From positions 365,521 to 429,520 of the forward strand of contig CAVYBO010000002.1 in the NCBI GenBank assembly GCA_963766885.1: DNA of 64,000 nucleotides. Direction: 5' to 3'. Origin of the DNA: an uncultured bacterium (lineage in GTDB: Bacteria; Patescibacteriota; Minisyncoccia; Phycocordibacterales; CAIRYW01). The position numbers were made by a program, and so were the translations under genes. Each line of letters opens with the position of its first letter. The first letter of the stretch is position 1. A model generated the notes under the pieces. The model had not been told where the DNA came from and made no database searches. It saw only the letters and a list, made by a program, of their open reading frames with translations. Of the stretch, positions 53,017-61,563 are shown one piece after another.

Positions 53017-53382
53017 ATGAATGAAAACCTGTACGCCATTGTCGCCCTGCTCATTCTGAGCCTGGTGATCACCCTGATCCGTTTGCCGTTTAGCGAAGAA
53101 AAGCGCGGGCGGCTGAAATGCTATGGCATCGGGGTACTGCTCGTATCCCTGGTCATAGGCATGTACTACTTCGCTGGATGGTTCACCCATCTGTCGTGGG
53201 TAGAACATTTCATGCCCGACCATATCGCAAGCATCATCGACGGCATCTGCGCGATTGTTGGCATATTTGCGGCGCTTCTGTACTTCGTCTGTATGTTCGG
53301 ATGGATCATCGGCGCCGGAATGTGCATCTTCTTCGCGCCGCTGGCTGACGACTTCAGCATCTGGAGTGAATTCAGCAGGTAG
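53017..53382 (+). CDS. Small membrane protein, GC-rich
   Basis: Three to four TM segments; GAGG RBS; TTGACA-17-TATAAT upstream. Confidence 0.65.
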   Translation: MNENLYAIVALLILSLVITLIRLPFSEEKRGRLKCYGIGVLLVSLVIGMYYFAGWFTHLSWVEHFMPDHIASIIDGICAIVGIFAALLYFVCMFGWIIGAGMCIFFAPLADDFSIWSEFSR

Positions 53383-53477
53383 CTGACCGAACCGTTTGAA
53401 GGAGTTCCTAAACCTTCTTCCCCGTTTTGCATTACGCAAGCGGGGTGTTTTTTATTTTCAAATTATAAAACCCAAGC

Positions 53478-53568
53478 TATGCGTGTGGAGGGGCTCGGTC
53501 ACAGATAAATTTCTGCTGAAATTTTCTTCGACCCCACCTCGCGCCGTCGCGCTCCGGCTTTCGAGCCG
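53478..53568 (-). repeat. tRNA-linked palindromic element ending in a 20-bp copy of the tRNA-Ile 3' end
   Basis: TATGCGTGTGGAGGGGCTCG at 53478 and 53618. Confidence 0.85.
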
Positions 53569-53619
53569 ACTAACGCTTTGCTTCGCAAAGCTAGTCAGCG
53601 CATACTCGCTTCGCTCGTA

Positions 53620-53692
53620 TGCGTGTGGAGGGGCTCGAACCCCCGACCGGACGAGTATAAGTCGTCTGCTCTACCAACTGAGCTACACACGC
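53620..53692 (-). tRNA. tRNA-Ile(TAT)
   Basis: GACGA-CTTATAC-TCGTC anticodon arm in a full cloverleaf. Confidence 0.92.
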
Positions 53693-53737
53693 GCAAAAAG
53701 AATATTATAGCAAAATAGCTCTTTTATCAATTTAATA

Positions 53738-55669
53738 TTACGCCACAATGTCCGCAGCTGCTGGATCAATCACCTTTTTCTTTTTGAGAGTTATTCCAAA
53801 AGGCACGATTATTTTTTCGTACTCTTCCATTTCGATCACTTCAACTTCAACAAGCTTTTTGGCAAGGACATCCAAGAGAGTTTTGTATTGATTCAAAATG
53901 TCTTGTGCTTGTTGCATAGCATTGTGCATTATTGCAGAAACTTCAGTGTCAATTTCATCGCCAACTTTTTCAGAATATTCTTTGTCGCTCACTCCCTGGC
54001 CAAAAAGCACTTTGCCTCCAGAGCCTTCAAGCGCCACAGGGCCAAGTTTGTCGCTCATTCCGTATTTGGTAACCATATCGCGAGCCAAAGCTGTAGATAC
54101 CTGCAAATCATTTGATGGGCCGGTTGTGATGTCTCCAAAAATCATTTTCTCTGCAACATATCCGCCCAAAGAAACCGCGATGTCATCAAGGAATTCTTTT
54201 TTGGATTGCATTCTTTTGTCTTCAATTGGAAGTTTGAGCATGTATCCTGCAGCGCGGCCTCGGGAAATAATTGAGATTTTGTGCACAGGATCAGAATATG
54301 GCAAGACACTGGCCAAGATTGCATGGCCTGCTTCGTGGTAGGCGGTGATTTCTTTTTCTTTCATTGAAAGAATATGACTTCGGCGTTCTGGACCAAGCAT
54401 TACCTTTTCAATTGATCTAATCAGATCAAACTGGGCAACCTTTTTGCGATTTTCACGCGCTGCCAGAATCGCCCCTTCGTTCATCAAAGAATACAAATCC
54501 GCTCCTGAAAATCCCGGCGTTCTCTCGGCAATCAATCCCAAATTTATATCTTCGCCAAAAGGCTTGCCTCTGGAATGAATCTTCAAAATATCTTCTCTGT
54601 CTTTTCTGTCTGGCAAATCAATCACCACTCTTCTATCAAATCTTCCTGGACGCAAAAGTGCAGGATCCAAAACATCAGGCCTGTTGGTGGCTGCCATGAT
54701 AATTACTTTTTCGTTTGGCTCAAAACCGTCCATCTCCACAAGAATTTGGTTTAGAGTCTGTTCTCTTTCATCGTTTCCTCCGCCAACTCCCGTGCCTCGC
54801 ACTCTTCCAACAGCGTCAATTTCATCAATAAATATAATTGCCGGGGCTGCAGTCTTGGCAAGTTTGAATAAATCTCGCACACGCGACGCGCCAACTCCCA
54901 CAAACATTTCCACAAATTCTGAACCGGAAATCGAGAAGAAAGAAACATTGGCTTCTCCGGCAACGGCTCGGGCAAGCAAAGTTTTGCCAGTTCCAGGCGC
55001 GCCCATCAAAAGAATTCCTTTGGGAATGCGCGCGCCGATTTCAATAAATTTTTTCGGATTTTTGAGAAAGTCTACAATTTCAAGCAGTTCTTCTTTGGCT
55101 TCCTTTGCTCCAGCAACATCGTTAAATGTTACGCGTTGTTTTTTGTCATCTGGATCAGTGATTCTGGCACGCGATTGTCCAAAAGAAAACGCCTGCATGC
55201 CGGCACCTTTGACTTGGCGAGAAAGATACCAGATTAAAAGCAGTGTAAAGACTAGCGGCAAAAGAATTGGCCCGATAATCGTTTCAAACCAATATGCAAA
55301 TCCGGAACCTGTGGTCACACTGATTGCCACTTTGGACATTTGATCTGCGGTAACACCAAACTTTGAAAGCGAATCCGTCAAAGAACTTTCGTCTTCTTTT
55401 TGGGAAGTTTTCTCAGTGCCATCTCTGTATGTCAAAATCAAGCCGCTGTCTGAAACGTCAACGCTTTTGATTTTTCCGCTTTCTATGTCAGTTGCCACTT
55501 GTGTCAGACTGATTTCGGTTTTTGGAGAATAATAGTCTGAGATATAAGAGTATGAAGCCACCAAAATGCCCAAAAAAAGGATTACAATTATAATATTGCG
55601 AAAAAACTCCCCTTTTACAGGCGGTAGATTCTTCTTTTTGTTATTTTTTGGACTTTTCTGATTATCCAT
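53738..55669 (-). CDS. ftsH: ATP-dependent zinc metalloprotease FtsH
   Basis: Two TMs, [20 protein letters not shown]. Confidence 0.97.
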   Translation of the reverse strand: MDNQKSPKNNKKKNLPPVKGEFFRNIIIVILFLGILVASYSYISDYYSPKTEISLTQVATDIESGKIKSVDVSDSGLILTYRDGTEKTSQKEDESSLTDSLSKFGVTADQMSKVAISVTTGSGFAYWFETIIGPILLPLVFTLLLIWYLSRQVKGAGMQAFSFGQSRARITDPDDKKQRVTFNDVAGAKEAKEELLEIVDFLKNPKKFIEIGARIPKGILLMGAPGTGKTLLARAVAGEANVSFFSISGSEFVEMFVGVGASRVRDLFKLAKTAAPAIIFIDEIDAVGRVRGTGVGGGNDEREQTLNQILVEMDGFEPNEKVIIMAATNRPDVLDPALLRPGRFDRRVVIDLPDRKDREDILKIHSRGKPFGEDINLGLIAERTPGFSGADLYSLMNEGAILAARENRKKVAQFDLIRSIEKVMLGPERRSHILSMKEKEITAYHEAGHAILASVLPYSDPVHKISIISRGRAAGYMLKLPIEDKRMQSKKEFLDDIAVSLGGYVAEKMIFGDITTGPSNDLQVSTALARDMVTKYGMSDKLGPVALEGSGGKVLFGQGVSDKEYSEKVGDEIDTEVSAIMHNAMQQAQDILNQYKTLLDVLAKKLVEVEVIEMEEYEKIIVPFGITLKKKKVIDPAAADIVA

Positions 55670-55741
55670 TTATTACGCTCATTATATACATACTAGACGT
55701 TTAGTAAAGATTAATCTCTCAGAAATGCTAAAATAATATTT

Positions 55742-56185
55742 ATGGATTTGGTCAAAAACAAAAAAGCCTTTTTCAACTATGAAATTCTCCAGGAATTTGA
55801 AGCTGGAGTGGAACTTTTGGGCTTGGAAGCCAAATCCATCCGAGCCGGTCAAGGCAATCTTGAAGGAGCGTTTGTGACAGTGCGCGGAAGTGAGGTTTTT
55901 TTGATTGGCTCAGATATTCCCGCCTTTCAACCCAAGAACGCGCCTCCATCGTATGAAAGGACACGGAATCGCAAGCTTCTTTTGACAAAACAGGAGATCC
56001 AAAAGCTGTCTGTAGAATCAGAAAACAAAGGGTTGACAATAGTGCCTATTTCGTTTTATAATAAAGGACACAAATTGAAGCTTCGCTTGGCAATAGCCAA
56101 AGGAAAGAAAAAGTTTGATAAAAGACAGTCAATCAAAAAGCGAGATACTGACAAAGAAATTAGAAGAACTTTGAAAAATCAATAG
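55742..56185 (+). CDS. smpB: SsrA-binding protein
   Basis: NKKAFFNY, EAGVEL, RKLLL, KGKKKFDKR. Confidence 0.96.
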   Translation: MDLVKNKKAFFNYEILQEFEAGVELLGLEAKSIRAGQGNLEGAFVTVRGSEVFLIGSDIPAFQPKNAPPSYERTRNRKLLLTKQEIQKLSVESENKGLTIVPISFYNKGHKLKLRLAIAKGKKKFDKRQSIKKRDTDKEIRRTLKNQ

Positions 56186-56241
56186 CATCCAAAGAAACAA
56201 ATGTTGTCCCCCGAAAATTTTGAAAGCTTTCAAAATTTTCG

Positions 56242-56636
56242 GGGGATGCTTGGCATAGACATTTGAAATTTCTTTGCTGTGCGCAATAGAGAATTCTCGA
56301 AATCTCTTAAACTCTCGAGAAAACTCAAGTGCTAAAGCACAGAAAGTCGCTTCTCCATATTTTGGAGCAAACGATTTCGCATTCGCTTTTGCTAGAGCGT
56401 AAGCTCGCAAACCGGATGCCATCCTTCCAGTTCCCTTCTCTCGAATTGGACAGGGTGTTATAAGATGAGAATAAGCTTGCGGATTTCTTCGCCCGCAAGA
56501 CAAAAATCTTAGAAGATCGAAAATAATGCGTTTCGTTTTGCTTTGAGCATTATTTTTTAAATTTCAAGCAAAAACACATTGCGTAGAGTCATCAAAGAAA
56601 CTCATTTGCACGCGGGTTCGATTCCCGCCATCTCCA
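56242..56636 (+). ncRNA. ssrA: tmRNA
   Basis: GGGGATG/CATCTCC-A acceptor, GCGGGTTCGATTCCCGC T-arm, follows smpB; probable tag AKAQKVASPYFGANDFAFAFARA* (56331-56402). Confidence 0.9.
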
Positions 56637-56835
56637 CACTACAGGAATATTTCTCCTCAAATTTAGTTTATACATTGGTAACAAATAGTTTCGAGAGGTT
56701 CTAACCGTCACTTTTAAGCCATAATCGAAAACTATACAGTTTATAGACCAATTCTAATTGGAGCTTATTCTGTCTGCTTTAAAGAGGTTCTAACCAAAAC
56801 AAAGTCATAATCAAATATATTGTGTATAACGGCAC

Positions 56836-56864
56836 TTGACTAACTTATACAAAAAGTATAAGCT
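56836..56864 (+). promoter_or_regulatory. Sigma70 promoter with overlapping palindromic operator
   Basis: TTGACT-17-TAAGCT with CTTATAC-N5-GTATAAG at 56844-56862. Confidence 0.7.
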
Positions 56865-56869
56865 TAGTA

Positions 56870-57421
56870 GGTACTTTGAAAAATCAAGGCAACTGGATAG
56901 TCATTAAAGACGGTTATTTCAGGCAGAATAAAAACTGCCTCAACTTTCCTCTATAGGTACTAGTAGGAAAAGAAAATTCACCGGCACATCTGTGCATTAA
57001 TGTCTCTATTTACAAGGCTCATATATTTTTGGTCATAAGCTCAATTGATTCATGGCGTGTCAATGTCGTGTCATCTTTGCGAGTCAGGAATTTTTTTTGG
57101 TCAGAATTGGATGGGATAATTATAGAGATAGTTATATGGTAGGGGTTACTCAACGATCGAATGGTCAGTGAGTTTCACAACAAAACGCTACCACCGAAAC
57201 AAATGACCATTCAATCTGCGAGTCACCAATTAATAGAAAGAATTAATTCCCAAATAAACAAAATATGAAAAATTATTGGTATTCGTCACACAACAGTATT
57301 GCTTTGAGCGTTTTGTATGTAAGGGAGGCAAATTATGGTAAGACAGCATCTAATCCGAATTCTCCAGATTTTAGTCTGGATTTTAAGGATTGTTCTGGAC
57401 ATCATAAGCTAGCCTCCCTTT
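56870..57421 (+). ncRNA. Putative RT-associated structured RNA/leader
   Basis: Multiple stems and a 10-bp loop-to-distal pairing between the promoter and the HTH-RT genes. Confidence 0.6.
57335..57412 (+). CDS. 25-aa hydrophobic peptide, type I toxin-like
   Basis: AGGGAGG-6nt-ATG; MVRQHLIRILQILVWILRIVLDIIS*; SD complementary to GCCTCCCTT after the stop. Confidence 0.55.
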   Translation: MVRQHLIRILQILVWILRIVLDIIS

Positions 57422-57437
57422 AATCGTATTCTATATT

Positions 57438-57761
57438 ATGAACAACTTTCAAGATTTACTAAAAAAAATAAGAAATAAAGCTGACCTGACTCAAGAAGAT
57501 TTAGCAAAAGCTCTTGGAGTTTCAACTGTACTTATTTCTATGATTGAAACGGGACAAAAACAAGTTTCGAGAAATTTTATTGAAAACCTAGCTGAAAAAT
57601 TATCAGTTCATCCTAGTTCAATCACACCTTTCTCGTTTATTGAAAAAGATATGGATATCAAAAAGCTTTCAGCTCTTGAGCGAAACTTAATTAAAGCTGG
57701 AAGTAAATTCCAAGATTATTTAATTACTACGAAAGCGAAAAAACTAAGAGAGTATGTCTAA
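57438..57761 (+). CDS. XRE-family HTH protein
   Basis: LTQEDLAKALGVSTVLISMIETG. Confidence 0.92.
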   Translation: MNNFQDLLKKIRNKADLTQEDLAKALGVSTVLISMIETGQKQVSRNFIENLAEKLSVHPSSITPFSFIEKDMDIKKLSALERNLIKAGSKFQDYLITTKAKKLREYV

Positions 57762-58764
57762 CAACAAGCGCTACCCGAACATCTCTATACGAAGTAAAAA
57801 CGAAATTGCAAAACGTATTTCGTCATCCTCTTTTTCTAAAAATGAAGCGTTAGATTTAATTAATGATGTTATTAAAAATTTTGACAGCTATTGGTATGAC
57901 AGTAAACGTTCCGAACCTGAAAAAAATAAATATGTAAGAAGCGCTGCAAAATCTCCTAAACTTAAAAAGCTTCTTGAGCTTATAAATGCAAAAATCCTTA
58001 CTCCGTATGATTATTTAATACCAGAATTTATTTATGGAGGAATTTCAAGAAGGAATAATATTCAAGCCGCTTATCACTTACTCGGCAACCAGCGAAATCG
58101 CACATTACTTAAGTTAGACGTGCAAAGCTTTTTTGAACAGATTACAAAAGAAAGGGTTTTCCACTTCTTTAATAATAAATCTCAATGCACTGTCGAAGCA
58201 TCAAATTTACTTGCTAAGTTCTGTTGTGTACCACGTGGTCCTAAAAATTCAGGGTCAACTGATATTATTCTTGCACGTGGCTTCGCAACTTCTTCTAGAC
58301 TTGCTGTATGGTGTAATCTCGATACTTTCGAACATTTGAATTGGAAAATTAAAAAGAAACTAAAAGGACACGACGCGCAAGTAGCAATATATGTCGACGA
58401 CATAGGAATTAGTGCAAGCAAAGTAAGTATTGAACAAATGGAAACTGCAAAAGAATTGGCTATAAATATATTGGAGAAAAGTGATTATAATCAATCTTTA
58501 CCCGTACATAGAGATGCTCGGAAAAACAAGATTATTCAATTTAATAAAGGTGCTGAACACTTAGGAATAAAACTTGGTAGAACCAAGTTAACACTTGGTA
58601 ACAAATCACGATCAAAAATAGATAAAATCAAAGAAGCAATCAAAGAAGCGGAAACAGAAAATGAAAAAAATACTTTGAGAGAAAAATATAAAGCTCATCA
58701 TCGCTATAGACAACAAGTAAAGAATATCGCGGTTATTAAAGATATAAGAAAAAAATATGACTAA
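57754..58764 (+). CDS. Retron-like / defence-associated reverse transcriptase
   Basis: QAAYH (region X-like), KLDVQSFFEQI, LARGFATSSRLA, YVDD, HLG in place of VTG. Confidence 0.9.
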   Translation: MSNNKRYPNISIRSKNEIAKRISSSSFSKNEALDLINDVIKNFDSYWYDSKRSEPEKNKYVRSAAKSPKLKKLLELINAKILTPYDYLIPEFIYGGISRRNNIQAAYHLLGNQRNRTLLKLDVQSFFEQITKERVFHFFNNKSQCTVEASNLLAKFCCVPRGPKNSGSTDIILARGFATSSRLAVWCNLDTFEHLNWKIKKKLKGHDAQVAIYVDDIGISASKVSIEQMETAKELAINILEKSDYNQSLPVHRDARKNKIIQFNKGAEHLGIKLGRTKLTLGNKSRSKIDKIKEAIKEAETENEKNTLREKYKAHHRYRQQVKNIAVIKDIRKKYD

Positions 58765-58821
58765 AAATATTATAAAAATACTTAGTGCGCTAGCATTGAT
58801 TAGTCTCATCTTTTTGTACAC
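58757..58821 (+). pseudogene. 5' stub of a membrane ORF cut by IS3
   Basis: ATG overlaps the RT stop; MTKNIIKILSALALISLIFLY then IS terminal TG. Confidence 0.5.
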
Positions 58822-58839
58822 TGTACTTCCCCCATTTCA

Positions 58840-59635
58840 TCAGACACTAACCTTGTTAGCTGAATTGTATTCTCGAGCCGACGAAAGTGCAAATTGCACG
58901 GGTGACATTTTGAGGGCGGTATGAATCCTGGTGTTGTTGTAAATGTAAATTGTTTGGTAAATAGCGAACACCAGCTCTCCCAATGTTTTGAATCGGGAAG
59001 AATCCCCAAGATCAATTTTGAATTTGTCGTAGAAAGATTCCTGGTACCCATTCTCCCACGGACAACCTGGAGCAGAACGAGAAATCAATACCCCGACGGT
59101 CTGCAGCGCCTGAATGAACACCTCCGAGTTGTATTCACTGCCGTTGTCAGAGTGGAAAATTTTTGGTCTGGGATTATTTTGAAGAGCCGACATGAATGAT
59201 GCTAAAACCAATTGAACAGCATGGGTGGTGTATACTGACAACCCAACAATTTTTCTGGTGAACAAATCTTCGACTGTAGCCACATAGATGGTTTTGTTTT
59301 CAAAGGGTATGCGGGTGAAGTCTGTCACCCAGATATGATTTTCATATTGGGTAAATAACTTTGATATTCTTCGATTTTTTCCATCTTCTACCACGTCTGC
59401 GATATGCCTTGATACCGAAAAGTTTCATCACTCGTTCAATCGGTTTGTGGTTTCTTTTGAGGGCAAGGGCGATGCGTGGAGAACCATATGAAGGATGCTC
59501 TCTGAGAACTTCTTCAATCTGACATTTTAGTTCCCAATCTTTGTCAGGTTTCTTTGGTTTGTAGTAGAGAGTGCTGCGGGAGATCCCAAGCTCTCTGGCC
59601 CGAAGAGTTTTGGGAGTCTCACTATTTTCTTTCAA
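58840..59635 (-). pseudogene. IS3 transposase OrfB, split near 59345
   Basis: YGSPRIA in 59342-59635; WVTDFT, HSDNGSEY, WENGYQESF in 58840-59394. Confidence 0.85.
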
Positions 59636-59886
59636 TTCTTTTTTTGGGTTTCTGAGAGCTTTAGAGTAATTTCTCCAACTAACTGAAGCAGTTGAGCATT
59701 TTCTCGCTTGAGTTTAATTACCTCTGAAAGAGTTGGCTGACCTTTGGTTTTCTTGGCTATCCACCCATATATGGTGACATCGCTGATGCCATGCTCTTTG
59801 GCTGCTTGGACTACACTGATACCATCATTCTTGATTCTGTTAATAATCTGCTCCTTTATTTCAGGGGCTATTTTTTGTCTTTTCAT
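59632..59886 (-). CDS. IS3 transposase OrfA (HTH)
   Basis: SVVQAAKEHGISDVTIYGW, LKRENAQL. Confidence 0.88.
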   Translation of the reverse strand: MKRQKIAPEIKEQIINRIKNDGISVVQAAKEHGISDVTIYGWIAKKTKGQPTLSEVIKLKRENAQLLQLVGEITLKLSETQKKN

Positions 59887-59972
59887 ATGCTTGTATATTA
59901 GCTTCTAATTATACAAGGTTGGTGTATGAAATTTGGGGGGAGGGCCATTGCTTGATGATGGGTACATATTAC

Positions 59973-60428
59973 TTAGAAAGATTCAGTAAAGTCAGCAGGG
60001 TTAAAAATATCAGCAAAATCTTTTGTTTGTCCGCAGAGTTCTGTATTTTTTAGTTGTTCTTTTGAGAAAAACTCTAGCTTCTCACATTCTTCTGACGGAG
60101 TAAAATCAAGATTTTCTAATTCTATTCGGTAAGCCACCACAAAGGAATAATACCAACCTAATTTGCGCGCATTGTTCTCAAATCTGTGTGGCCACACGTA
60201 CACTGGGGAGTCTGATATTTTTGTAACTTTTAATCCCATCTCTTCTTTTATTTCTCTTTTGAAACCAGATTTTATGTCTTCACCAAAATCTAGACCTCCG
60301 CCCGGTAATTCCCATTTTCCGCCCAATTCTTTTGATTCAAGGGCTAAAAGAACCTTACCATCTCTAACGCAGAGACCTTTGATCGTAACTCTATAGAAAT
60401 TGTCTGGGAATCTTTCCGAGTGTTCCAT
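59973..60428 (-). CDS. NUDIX hydrolase
   Basis: WELPGGGLDFGEDIKSGFKREIKEEMG. Confidence 0.9.
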   Translation of the reverse strand: MEHSERFPDNFYRVTIKGLCVRDGKVLLALESKELGGKWELPGGGLDFGEDIKSGFKREIKEEMGLKVTKISDSPVYVWPHRFENNARKLGWYYSFVVAYRIELENLDFTPSEECEKLEFFSKEQLKNTELCGQTKDFADIFNPADFTESF

Positions 60429-60505
60429 GTTAGTAGGATTAGTATACCAAAACCAATATTGTTTTATAGCTTTGCTCCTTTGTTTTTAGCGTATATACTT
60501 ATTTC

Positions 60506-60668
60506 ACAACCAAATATTCCGAAGACCTAACCCTTGAAAACCTCAAGGCACGGTCACAAATCGACGTGAATAAAAAACCTATCATTAGGGCGTTCACGTC
60601 GTTATACAGGGAAACTTGTATAGGAGCTTCGGCTCCCCTAGTGGTAGGCTTTTTGTTTCTCCACTAGG
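60506..60668 (+). ncRNA. Putative structured RNA/leader upstream of nuclease
   Basis: Five consecutive hairpins incl. GAAA and UUCG tetraloops; TTGCTC-16-TATACT upstream. Confidence 0.55.
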
Positions 60669-60678
60669 ACACACGATT

Positions 60679-61290
60679 ATGTATAACGATGTCTTAGAAC
60701 AAATAACTGAAGACTATTTCAAATCAAAGGGATATTTTACTTTGCATAATGTTCCGTATTCTCTTTCAAAACAAACTGCTTCAGATATTGATGTCATTGG
60801 CATTCACCCTACAAAGAAAGATATCTCAAAAGTCATTGTCGTCAGTTGCAAGTCTTGGGATTCAGGAGTCGATCTCAAAGCATTGTTAAATTTGATAAAG
60901 GCAGCGCCAGACAAAAAGATAAAAACAGGAGTGATGCGATTGGAGAGATTCAAAGAAGTGATAAACAAAGAGTGGATCACTGCTCTCAAAGCTAAAGTGT
61001 TTGAACTCACAGGACAGAAGAAATTTAAACTATATTTTTCTGCAACTAAATATAAAAATCTTGATTTAAAAAATCAGTTTATTGAATATTGCAAATCCAC
61101 ACTTACTGACTGCCCTGTCGAACTCATTTCTCTTGAAGAAATGTTGTTGGATATGCAAAAACAAATCAAAGACAATAAATCTAAAAGTCCTCTAAAGTCT
61201 TACTCTGCTCGTATTATTCAACTTATCAACCAGAGCGGAGGTGAAATTTTGTATTCAGGAGAGATTTACAAATCAAAAGGTCTGAGATAA
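60679..61290 (+). CDS. PD-(D/E)XK restriction-endonuclease-like protein
   Basis: LEQITEDYFKSKGYFT..SDIDVIG..VVSCKSW. Confidence 0.7.
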   Translation: MYNDVLEQITEDYFKSKGYFTLHNVPYSLSKQTASDIDVIGIHPTKKDISKVIVVSCKSWDSGVDLKALLNLIKAAPDKKIKTGVMRLERFKEVINKEWITALKAKVFELTGQKKFKLYFSATKYKNLDLKNQFIEYCKSTLTDCPVELISLEEMLLDMQKQIKDNKSKSPLKSYSARIIQLINQSGGEILYSGEIYKSKGLR

Positions 61291-61324
61291 AAGTGTGATG
61301 TTTATAAGTTAATTTAAAAATCAT

Positions 61325-61516
61325 ATGAATGAATTAGGAGGAATATTAGTAGGAGTGATATTAATAGCAATCGTTGGATCTATATATTTTACTCCTACAA
61401 TCTATGCTTATCATGCCAATCATAAAAACAAAGAAGCTATTTTTATTCTAAATCTGCTTCTCGGTTGGACAGTTTTGGGGTGGATTGGAGCTTTGATCTG
61501 GTCTGCTACAAAATAA
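61325..61516 (+). CDS. Superinfection immunity protein (T4 Imm-like)
   Basis: YFTPTIYA..IFILNLLLGWTVLGWIGALIWS. Confidence 0.88.
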   Translation: MNELGGILVGVILIAIVGSIYFTPTIYAYHANHKNKEAIFILNLLLGWTVLGWIGALIWSATK

Positions 61517-61563
61517 AAAACCCACTGGAGATCGGAGCCAGTGGATCTTTGTAATTATATATC

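Larger units (their letters stand above)
58822..59947 (-). mobile_element. IS3-family insertion sequence
   Basis: TG..CA ends with imperfect IRs (TGTACTTCCCCCATTTCAT / TGGCCCTCCCCCCAAATTTCAT); orfA plus DDE orfB. Confidence 0.85.

Noticed and set aside
54684-55343. 219-aa ORF antisense to ftsH and similar nested ORFs in nrdA, ligA, recG and pil genes
   Set aside because: Opposite-strand shadows of conserved genes with no motifs
57176-57295. CACAACA direct repeat as DRT2-style template-jump boundaries
   Set aside because: Only 7 bp, spacing 113 nt is not a multiple of three; not supportable without cDNA data
57754-58764. RT as group II intron, DGR or CRISPR-associated RT
   Set aside because: No maturase/endonuclease domain, no intron domain V seen, no avd or TR/VR, no cas1
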